Positions 28,388 to 38,800 of a stretch of 64,000 nucleotides of DNA are shown here, in pieces. The notes beneath the pieces are model-generated. The model made no database searches, was not told the DNA's origin, and saw only the letters and a list, made by a program, of their open reading frames with translations. Position 1 is the first letter of the stretch. Each line of letters begins with the position of its first letter. Position numbers and translations under genes: made by a program. Source of the stretch: Octopus sinensis (taxonomy: Eukaryota); NCBI RefSeq assembly GCF_006345805.1, contig NC_043012.1, positions 11,036,001 to 11,100,000 on the forward strand. The letters run 5' to 3'.

Positions 28388-28975
28388 CAGCGAGCTGGCA
28401 GAAACGTTAGCACGCTGGGCGAAATGCTTAGCGGTATTTCGTCTGCCGCTACGTTCTAAGTTCAAATTCCGCCGAGGCCAACTTTGCCTTTCATCCTGTC
28501 GGAGTCGATAAAATAAGTACCAGTTACACACTGGGGTCGATGTAATCGACTTAATCCCTTTGTCTGTCCTTGTTTGTCCTCTCTGTGTTTAGCCCCTTAT
28601 GGGTAGTAAAGAAATAGGTATTTCGTTTGCCGTTACGTTCTGAGTTCTAATTCCGCCGAGGTCGACTTTGTCTTTCATCCTTTCGGGGTCGATTGAATAA
28701 GTACCAGTTACGCACTGGGTCGATATAATCGACTTAATCCCTTTGTCTGTCCTTGTTTGTCCCCTCTGTGTTTAGCCCCTTGTGGATAGTAAAGAAATAG
28801 GTATTTCTTCCGTTTTTACTTCCTGAGTTCAAATTCTGCTGAGGTCAACTTTGCCTTTCATCCTCTCGGGAGTCGATTGAAATAACTACCAGCTGAGCAC
28901 CGAGGTCGATGTAATCGGCTAATCTCTACTCTCCACCAAATTCCAGGCCTTGTGCCTACAATAGAAAGAATATTA
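28388..28975 (+). mobile_element. SINE family B multimer (head plus about 3 units, period 183-184 bp)
   Basis: B-box motif recurs at about 28458, 28642 and 28825. Confidence 0.85.
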
Positions 28976-29339
28976 CAGGAATATAAACAAACCGTTCTTA
29001 GGGTTAAGGCGGCGAGTGGTACAGATCAGCTGTCTAGTAGATGTGAAATTAAGGAAAAGAAGAGCATCTATGGAAAAGCTGATGGGAAAATTACAGCTCT
29101 TATACCCAGGCGTAGACTTTTATTTCTTTCTGGTGTCATAGGTTCACGGGGTTACATAACTATAAATCTACAAGAAGCCTAAAAATACTTGGGTTATTTA
29201 TGAAAGATCAAAATAAACTGATTTACATTTTCGAAATACAATCGAATTGTGTAACTGTGAAAATTTGTAAAACATTTCAGAAATTCGCCATTTGAGGTTT
29301 CTGGGTTAAGATATTCACATTGTCACATTTACATATGGG

Positions 29340-29382
29340 ACACACACACACACAGACACACACACACACACACACACACACA

Positions 29383-29421
<39 letters not shown>

Positions 29422-29460
29422 GCGCGCGCATACACATAACATGCACACATATACTCACAC
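29340..29460. repeat. (CA)n microsatellite
   Basis: Directly visible. Confidence 0.95.
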
Positions 29461-29465
29461 ATGGA

Positions 29466-30072
29466 CCTATTCTTATTTCTTTATTGCCCAAAAGGGGCTA
29501 AACATAGAGGGGGCAAACAAGGACAGACAAAGAGGATAAGTCGATTACATCGACCCCAGTGCGTAACTGGTACTTATTTAATCGACCCCGAAAGGATGAA
29601 AGGCAAAGTCGACCTCGGCGGAATTTGAAATCAGAACGTGAAGACGGGCGAAATACCTATTTCTTTACTACCCTCAAGGGGCTACACACTGAGGGGACAA
29701 ACAAGGACAGACAAAGGGATTAAGTCGATTATATCGACCACAGTGCGTAACTGGTACTTAATTTATCGACCCCGAAAGGATGAAAGGCAAAGTTGACCTC
29801 GGCGGAATTTGAACTTAGAACGTAACGGCAGACGAAATACCTATTTCTTTATTACCCACAAGGGGCTAAACATAGAGGGGACAAACAAGGACAGACAAAG
29901 GGATTAAGTCGATTACATCGACCCCAGTGCGTAACTGGTACTTAATTTATCGACTCTGAAAGGATGAAAGGCAAAGTCGACCTCGGCGGAATTTGAACTC
30001 AGAACGCAACGACAGACGCAATACCGCTAAGCATTCCGCCCGGCGTGCTAACGTTCCTACAAGCTCGCCGCT
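29466..30072 (-). mobile_element. SINE family B trimer (period 184 bp)
   Basis: ACAAGGACAGACAAAG at about 29518, 29702 and 29886; a single head at the right end. Confidence 0.9.
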
Positions 30073-30304
30073 GGTAGAATGGGCCTGTTCTGGTAACCAT
30101 AGACACCTATAACTGTTTTGAGTTAAATAAAAAGATCCTTGTCACTTTGTTAGAGACCGGAAAGGAAAAAATTTAAAATTGACTCCCCCAAAAAGCATAT
30201 ATTCTTTGTTTTAATACTTCGTTTTTGTATTTCGTTTGCAAATGTTAACTTTAATGTTGACGTAATCACTCTCCCTAGACACAACAAAAATAGTTTTAAT
30301 ATCC

Positions 30305-30535
30305 TACTCTTTACTCTTTTACGTGTTTCAGTCATTTGACTGTGGCCATGCTGGAGCACCGCCTTTAGTCGAGCAAATGAACCCCAGGACTTGTTATTTG
30401 TAAGCCTAGTACTTATTCTATCGGTCTCTATTTGCCGAACCGCTAATGTTACGGGGACGTAAACACACCAGCATCGGTTGTCAAGCGATGTTGGTGGGGA
30501 CAAACACAGACACACAAAGATATACACACACATAC

Positions 30536-30600
<65 letters not shown>

Positions 30601-30740
30601 GACGGGCTTCTTTCAGTTTCCGTCTACCACGTCCACTCACAAGGCTTTGGTCAGTTCGAGGCTATAGTAGAAGACACTTACCCAAGGTGCTACGCAGTGG
30701 GACTGAACCCGGAACCATGTGGTTGGTAAGCAAGCTACTT
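30305..30740 (-). mobile_element. SINE family A with internal (AAT)n(AT)n, head slightly truncated
   Basis: Same diagnostic motifs. Confidence 0.85.
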
Positions 30741-32427
30741 AAAAAAAGTTCTAAGTAGAATTTTACGTTACTTGAAGTTTTTAAAATAGAATTTTGTGTT
30801 ACTTATGAAACAGATACCAGTGTCACAATCACTGATTCTTCAATAATACATTACAACCACAATTAGGTTAATTATTTAGAGGCAAAGGAACGATTTTTTA
30901 TTTCGAAGTATTGTTTGTAATTAAGGTAAGGTCAAAACCGTGATAAACCTGTCTTAGATATGATCGTCGGCGTGGGAAACCATAAGATTGATAGTCCCAT
31001 GGATAATATGAGAATACAAATATCTTTAATTTCAACAAACATGATCGAATTTCAGACTATTCTGCAATGCAAATCTTCCGTTCTGAGTTCGAACCCTATC
31101 AAAGTTGACTTTATTTTTTATCCTTTCAGTAGTCCATGAAATAACCAAGTTCAGTGTTACGGTCTATTTTATACATTTTTGCCATCAACCCTAAATTTCA
31201 GGCCTTTATGATAATGAAGTAAGAAATTATTACTATGTTCCTGGATCACAGGTAGATCGCTGGAGCAAGGTGGGAGAGTTGATTAAATGGCTAGCAATGT
31301 GGAGTTATGTCCCGTGCAATGTTCAGTTATGTCCCTTTATAGTCTGTGTTGACGCCAACTAATTTTTTTTTTGTCTTTCGTGAGTTGGCAGCCTATGTAC
31401 CAGTGATATACTGTTGATAATTTAATCAGTTTTTATCCTCGATCAAATCTTTATTGTAAATGTGAAGGGAATAAATAAATGACTAAGCTGGTTGAACGCC
31501 GGACTGATTAGTTTGTGATAGTAATGTATTTTCCTCTGGGTTCTGTTTTCAAATCCAACCTGAGTCAACATCGCCGTCACTTTCTCGGGGCCAATAAAAT
31601 TATGTATCGTTATTTTGTTTAACCGTAGGCCAGTCTTGATCCTACCACATTCTGGTCAAAGACATCCTTGTCATGATCTTCACGTTGAGCAAGTACAGTC
31701 TAATGTTTATTTTCCCAAGACAGTAGAGTGTGATTTGTGGAAGGTTTGGTTCCTTTCTTTAGCAGATTTCAACGCGCATGTAGAAGTTGAGCATTCAGTT
31801 GGAAGTTGGGGTGAGGTTTACCAAATTGACTGTGCTCTTTCTGTCTAACGACTTATTCCTGTATCGCTGTCCCTTCAAACAAAATTCTGACAAATTTGAA
31901 TGAAAATAACGAAGCAAGTGGCTGACCTCATAGTACAGTGGGTAACGAAGTGACGATGACTCTTTGATAACCTCCAGTCCCGAGTTCAAATCCTCCTGTG
32001 CATATTCTTTTCTTTAACCCCAGGTCACTAAGCAAACGTAGAATCAAGACCATTCAAACTGTAAACTTCTCTTCTTTTTTAAGGCATAGTATATCAAAGA
32101 CTAAAACTTAAAAACGTTTTCTTTCCTTTGAGATAGGAAAATGTGATTTGGGGAAGTTTTTGCAGGTTGACCGAATTTTGTTAGGTTGCAGAAGTGGGAT
32201 ACGATTAGCATTACTTATTAATGTAGTAATTACCACACGGTATTTTGTCTCTATTCTATCGTCCGCCACTTTCGAAATGGTTTTATATAATGACTAAATG
32301 ACCATTTTACAAGACTCTTTGTATAGTTTGCAAAGGAAAATCGTCTTGGTTGTCTGTTATAATTCCATCTTCATGTTGGTTTAAGAACGCTGCAGGTTCG
32401 AATGAGTTTAATATTACAAGAATATTA

Positions 32428-32880
32428 AAGGAGGCGAAGCTGGCAGAATCGTTAGGATGTCGGACAAAATGCTTTGTGGCATTTCTTCCGTTTTTACTTC
32501 CTGAGTTCAAATTCCTATTTCTTTACTACCCACAAGGGGCTAAGCACAGAGAGGACAAACGGATTAAGTCGATTACATCGACCCCAATGCGTAACTGGTA
32601 CTTAATTTATCGACCCCGAAAGGATGAAAGGCAAAGTCGACCTCGGCGGAATTTGAACTCAGAACGTAACGGCAGACGAGATACCGCTAAGCATTTCGCC
32701 CGGCGTGCTAACGTTTCTGCCAGCTCGCCGCCTGAGTTCAAATTCCGCTGAGGTCAACTTTGCCTTTCATCCTCTCGGGAGTCGATTGAAATAACTACCA
32801 GTTGAGTACTGAGGTCGATGTAATCGACTAGCCCCTACTCTCCACCAAATTCCAGGCCTTGTGCCTACAATAGAAAGAAT
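32428..32880. mobile_element. Family B SINE (minus) nested in a family-B-related SINE (plus)
   Basis: Insert at 32516-32731 flanked by CTGAGTTCAAATTCC at 32501-32515 and 32732-32746. Confidence 0.85.
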
Positions 32881-33232
32881 ATTACAGGAATATAAACAAA
32901 CCATTGTATGTCGGCTGCTGTCTTATTTTATCGAAAGCAAAGTTGACCTCGGCAGGGTTTGAACTCGGAACACTAAGCATTTAAAACTGGAATACAACGT
33001 GGTTGTGTGCTCAGAGGATTTCTGAATGATTTTTTTTCTTTCTTTTTAAATCTATTTTTGATGAAGTCTATAATGGAAAAAAAAAGAGTTTATAGCAGTT
33101 ACCTCCCTTGGACTACTAAGACTACACCTTCCACGTTCACCAGTTTTTTTTTAAAAACTCCAGTTCAGTCATTTAGTAGGGACATTTGCTAAAAGGTTTT
33201 CCAACCATGACCCTCCCGACTTATGTAGGATC

Positions 33233-33258
33233 ATATCTATATCTATCTATCTATCTAC

Positions 33259-33320
<62 letters not shown>
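33233..33320. repeat. (TATC)n microsatellite
   Basis: Directly visible. Confidence 0.95.
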
Positions 33321-33322
<2 letters not shown>

Positions 33323-33334
33323 TATATGTATATG

Positions 33335-33543
33335 TGTGTGTGTCTTTGTGTCTGTGTTTGTCCACCTCTGCTCGACAGCCAGTGTTGGTATGCTTACCTC
33401 CCCGTAACTTAGCGGTTCGGTAAAAGAGTTCGATAAAATAAGTGCTGGAGTCGATTCGTTCGACTAAAAATTCTTCGAAGCGGTGCACCAGCATGGCTGC
33501 AGTGTAAGTGACTGAAGCTAGCAAAATGATAAAAGATAAAAGA
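33335..33543 (+). mobile_element. SINE family A, tail part
   Basis: CCCCGTAACTTAGCGGTTCGG..AGCATGGCTGCAG..TGACTGAA. Confidence 0.7.
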
Positions 33544-34243
33544 GACCCCATTATCATTTCAGTCATCGAAAACTACATCAGCAATGATTTTTTTCGTGCT
33601 GAAATTGCAGGAATTAAAGCTACTGAAAACCTGTTTTTTTCTTTCCCTGACGGGGACTTAAGTTATACCAATGTTGGGGACCCTTTTGTATTTTCAGAAA
33701 GTATCTCAGGTTCTCAAGCGCTTCGGTCTTTAGCCTCGCCTGAGTGGGACAATAATAACTGAATGAACCATTATCTACAGAAAAGAGCTCTATCTGGTGT
33801 CTTGTACCAGCGACCGTCTTGGGCTGGTCTTGACTGTCATGGCTTTCTCTCTGGTGACTCTCTTTAGTTTTTTTTTTTGGGGGGGTTCCAAACCAATCTT
33901 CTGCAGGAAATAGTGAAATGAAGTTGCTGAGGAACAGCGTGGGCCGATTCTAATGGAGATTGAAGTTGTGTGCCATTCATTGAGCCTCATTAATCAAACC
34001 TTAGTAATTTGCTTCGCTCAGTTGGTGAGAAATGTCAAATCTCTTCTCCCAGGGGGCTGTGAGATTAGTCATGGCGATTCTTTTTTTGTTCTCTTAGACA
34101 GAAATGGTATGTTTGGTCGGAGTGACGTTACTACCGGAATAACGAGTCTGTCTTTCAGACCCATTTGCATCTTCCGTCAGGTACGATGCAAAAGGGATAA
34201 CCGCTTTTTGCCTTGGGTACCTTCTAACACACACACACACACA

Positions 34244-34365
34244 CGTATGTATGTATGTATGTATGTATGTATGTATGTATGTATGTATTATGTATGTATG
34301 TATGTATGTATGTATGTATGTATGTATGTATGTATGTATGTATGTATGTATGTATGTATGTATGT
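34244..34365. repeat. (TATG)n microsatellite
   Basis: Directly visible, preceded by (CA)n. Confidence 0.95.
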
Positions 34366-34734
34366 GGTAGAAAGACGACAAATTTACAGAAATACAAGTA
34401 AATAAATATAAAACACAAGAAATTAGACTTCCACTCTTGTACACAGGTGAGAGGATCACGTAGAATGGGTCAGAGAACCACATGGCTCTGTTCGCGTGCC
34501 ACAGGTGTCACTTGTCATACTGGAATTAGGAGCAGCGAAAGTCTCTTAGGGACATTCTCTGGGTTGTGTGGGATACAAAACGGTCCGATGTTCTTTGCGA
34601 ATACCTGTTTTACAGTCTCCCAAACCTTTGATCTGCTCTTCAACCACTCCCAATGTTTCATTTGTGTCTAGGAATCCGCTCTGAATCCTCCTCGTATCGT
34701 CATCTCTTTTATATTTCAGAACACCCAGCTTTGA

Positions 34735-34950
34735 TATTGGTTTGAAATTTTAGTATAAGGCCAGCAGTTTCGGAGAAGGAGTAAGACGGTTACATCGACT
34801 TCAGTGCTCAACTGGTACCTTTTTTTTATCAACCCCGAAAGGATGAATGGCAAAGTCGGCCTCGACAGAATTTGAAGTCAGAAGATAAAGGCGGATGAAA
34901 TGCCGCTGAACATTTCGTCCGGCGTACTAACGAATCTGCCAGCTCTCCAC
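34735..34950 (-). mobile_element. SINE family B, diverged
   Basis: CCCCGAAAGGATGAA..GGCAAAGTC core and CTGCCAGCTC head. Confidence 0.75.
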
Positions 34951-35113
34951 CGTACACTCAGTTTTAATATTACCAGAGTCACGTTGCTTAATAATACGAT
35001 TGCAAACCCTATGTAGTCCCACCAACGGAGTCTTCTTCATACTTTTCTTTTACGTATTTTCTTTTAACGAATTTGTTTTCTTGATTTCTCATCATTTTCT
35101 GTCCTCCCGCCCA

Positions 35114-35183
35114 CGAAATTTTTTCCCACGAGAGTTCCGGACCCCAGTTATGAACTCATTTGCATACAGCCAATCAGAGCTCA
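35114..35183 (-). promoter_or_regulatory. Octamer + CCAAT module joined to a partial satellite monomer (left arm of an inverted repeat)
   Basis: CTCATTTGCATAC at 35155-35167 and AGCCAATCAG at 35168-35177, next to the satellite-like CGAAATTTTTTCCCACGAGAGTTCCGGACCCCA. Confidence 0.55.
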
Positions 35184-35279
35184 ACTATCAAACTAATTCG
35201 TGAGTGCATAACAAGTGATGGGCGATAAGATAAGGTCACTTGGGTAAGGAATGGCCATGCTCCTTTTCTCTTTTAATAA

Positions 35280-35497
35280 TCCTTTCAACTGGAGGCACAA
35301 GGCCTCAAATTTGTGGGATGGGGACTAGTCAATTATAACGACCCCAGTGTTTCACTGGTACTTATTTTTATCGACCCTGAAAGGATAAAAGGCAAAGTTG
35401 ACCTTGGCGGAATTTGAACTCAGAACGTAGCGATGGGCGAAATAATGCTAAGCATTTTGTCCAGAGTGCTGACGATTCTGCCAGCTCCTCACCGCCT
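35280..35497 (-). mobile_element. SINE family B, diverged, 300 bp before the satellite
   Basis: Same core; head reads GCCAGCTCCTCACCGCCT on the plus strand. Confidence 0.8.
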
Positions 35498-35762
35498 GAT
35501 CTTGTTCTTGTTTCAACCTTGGCTGCCTCTGCGTAGTTAATTGTGTTGTTGTTTACTTTCTAAAACAGTAAAGGGAGAGGGTGGCTAGCACATCACAATC
35601 TACCCACATTTTTCCTATCCACATCTTTACTATATGGGGCTCTAACAAAACCCCGATAACATCTAATTACTTGTCTCCTAAATCAGGCATAACTTGGCGA
35701 CCGTTCTTCATCTTGAGTCTACTTGGTAGAGTGTGTTTGTTAATGTGACAACAAGGTCAAGG

Positions 35763-35832
35763 TGAGCTCTGATTGACTGTATGCAAATAAGTTCATTGCT
35801 GGGGTCCGGAACTCTATTTCAAAAAAAATTTT
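35763..35832 (+). promoter_or_regulatory. Octamer + degenerate CCAAT module leading into the first satellite monomer (right arm)
   Basis: TGAGCTCTGATTGACTGTATGCAAATAAGTTCAT..CTGGGGTCCGGAACTCT is the reverse complement of 35114-35183 with a few changes; ATGCAAAT at 35781-35788. Confidence 0.55.
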
Positions 35833-38800
35833 GCCCCTTGCCCACGCGATGGTCTTGCCACTCCTCACCAGCCCCTATTTGCTCCATATCATCGTAAGAC
35901 GATGGGGTTATCCCTACAGATTGTGCCCGGAGACTAAGACCACTGACTGTCAACTTTGGGGTCCGGAACTCTAGGGGGAAAAAAGATTTCGCCCCTTGCC
36001 CACGCGATGGTCTTGCCACTCCTCACTAGCCTCTATTTGCTCCATATCATCGTAAGACGATGGGGTTATCCCTAAAGATTGTGCCCGGAGACTAAGACCA
36101 CTGACTGTCAAATTTGGGGTCCGGAACTCTAGTGCGAAAAAAATTTCGCCCCTTGCCCACGCGATGGTCTTGCCACTCCTCACCAGCCTCTATTTGCTCC
36201 ATATCATCGTAAGACGATGAGGTTATCCCTACAGATTGTGCCCGGAGACTAAGACCACTGACTGTCAACTTTGGGGTCCGGAACTCTAGTGGGAAAAAAT
36301 TTCGCCCCTTGCCTACGCGATGGTCTTCCCACTCATCACCAGCCTCTATTTACTCCATATCATCGTAAGACGATGGGGTTATTCCTACAGATTGTAACCG
36401 GAGAATAAGACCACTGACTGTCAACTTTGGGGTCCGGAACTCGAGTAGGAAAAAAATTTCGCCCCTTGCACACGCGATGGTCTTGCCACACCTCACCAGC
36501 CTCTATTTGCTCCATATCATCGTAAGACGATGGGGTTATCCCTACAGATTGTGCCCGGAGACTAAAACCACTGACTGTCAAATTTTGGGGTCCGGAACTC
36601 TAGTGGGAAAAAAATTTCGCCCCTTGCCCACGCGGTGGTCTTGCCACTCCTCACTAGCCTCTATTTGCTCCATATCATCGTAAGACGATGGGGTTATCCC
36701 TACAGATTGTGCCCGGAGACTAAGACCACTGACTGTCAAATTTGCGGTCCGGAACTCTAGTGGGAAAAAATTTCGCCCCTTGCCCACGCGATGGTCTTGC
36801 CACACCTCACCAGCCTCTATTTGCTCCATATCATCATAAGACGATGGGGTTATCCCTACAGATTGTGCCCGGAGACTAAGACCACTGACTGTCAACTTTG
36901 GGGTCCGGAACTCTAGTGGGAAAAAAATTGCGCCCCTTGCCCACGCGATGGTCTTGCCACTCCTCACCAGCCTCTATTTGATCCATATCATCGTAAGACG
37001 ATGGGGTTATCCCTACAGATTGTGCCCGGAGACTAAAATAACTGATTGTAAAATTTTGGGGTCCGGAAACTCTAGTGGGAAAAAATTTCGCCCCTTGACC
37101 ACGCGATGGTCTTGCCACTCCTCACTAGCCACTATTTGCTCCATATCATCGTAAGACGATGGGGTTATCCCTACAGATTGTGCCCGGAGACAGAGACCAC
37201 TGACTGTCAACTTTGGGGTCCGGAACTCTAGTGGGAAAAAAATTTCACCCGTTGCCCACGCTATGGTCATGCCACTCCTCACCAGCCTCTATTTGCTCCA
37301 TATCTTGGTAAGACGATGGGGTTATCCCTACAGATTGCGTCCGGAGACTAAGACCACCGACTGTTAAATTTGGGGTCCGGAACTCAAGTGGGAAAAAAAT
37401 TTCGCCCCTTGCCCACGCGATGGTCTTGCCACACCTCACCAGCCTGTATTTGCTCCATATCATCATAAGACGATGGGGTTAGCCCCACAGATTGTGCCCG
37501 GAGACTAAGACCACTGAATGTCAAATTTGGGGTCCGGAACTCAACTGCCAAAAAAATTTCGCCCCTTGCACACGCGATGGTCTTCCACACCTCACCAGCC
37601 TCTATTTGCTCCATATCATCATAAGACGATGGGGTTATCCCTACAGATTGTGCCCGGAGACTAAGACCACTGACTGTCAAATTTGGGGTCCGGAACTCTA
37701 GTGGGAAAAAAATTTCACCCCTTGCCCACGCGATGGTCTTGCCACACCTCACCTGCCTCTATTTGCTCCATATCATCATAAGACGATGGGGTTAGCCCTA
37801 CAGATTGTGCCCGGAGACTAAGACCACTGACTGTCAAATTTGGGGTCCGGAACTCTAGTGGGAAAAAATTTCGCCCCTTGCCCAGCGATGGTCTTGCCAC
37901 TCCTCACCAGCCTCTATTTGCTCCATATCATCGTAAGACGATGGGGTTATCCCTACAGATTGGGCCCGGAGACTAAAATCACTGACTGTAAAATTTTGGG
38001 GTCCGGAACTCTAGTGGGAAAAAATTTCGCCCCTTGACAACGCGATGGTCTTGCCACTCCTCACTAGCCACTATTTGCTCCATATCATCGTAAGACGATG
38101 GGGTTATCCCTACAGATTGTGCCCGGAGACATAGACCACTGACTGTCAACTTTGGGGTCCGGAACTATAGTGGGAAAAAAATTTCGCCCGTTGCCCACGC
38201 GATGGTCATGCCACTCCTCACCAGCCTCTATTTGCTCCATATCTTGGTAAGACGAAGGGGTTATCCCTACAGATTGCGTCCGGATACTAAGACCACTTAC
38301 TGTCAACTTTGGGGTCCGGAACTCTAGTGGCAAAAAAATTTCGCCCCTTGCCCGAGCGATGGTCTTGCCACTCCTCACTCCCCTCTATTTGCTCCATATC
38401 ATCGTAAGACGATGGGGTTATCCCTACAGATTGTGCACGGAGCCAAAGACCACTGACTGTCAACTTAGGGCTCCGGAACTCTAGTGGCAAAAAAATTTCG
38501 CCCCTTGCCCACGCGATGGTCATGCCACTCCTCACCAGCCTCTATTTGCTCCATATCTTCGTAAGACGATGGAGTTATCCCTACAGATTGTGTCCGGAGA
38601 CTAAGACCACTGACTGTCAAATTTGGGGTCCGGAACTCTAGTGGGAAAAAAATTTCGCCCCTTGCCCACGCGATGGTCTTGCCACACGTCACCAGCCTCT
38701 ATTTGCTCCATATCATCATAAGACGATGGGGTTAGCCCTACAGATTGTGCCCGGAGACTAAGACCACTGACTGTCAACTTTGGGATCCGGAACATTAGCG

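Noticed and set aside
33640-33800. Minus-strand peptide QARLKTEALENLRYFLKIQKGP, reminiscent of a hAT/ZNF862 dimerisation tail, and the plus-strand ORF 33508-33762
   Set aside because: The similarity is too short, there is no supporting transposase upstream or TIRs, and the plus ORF starts inside a SINE tail and has no recognisable motif.
36120-36210. Hammerhead in the satellite (minus strand CTGGTGAG..GGCGAAA), which would make it a retrozyme-like array
   Set aside because: A6 of CUGANGA is G, many units read CTAGTGAG, I could not build stem II, and GAAA is followed by a U run with no stem III or cleavage triplet. A covariance-model scan would settle it.
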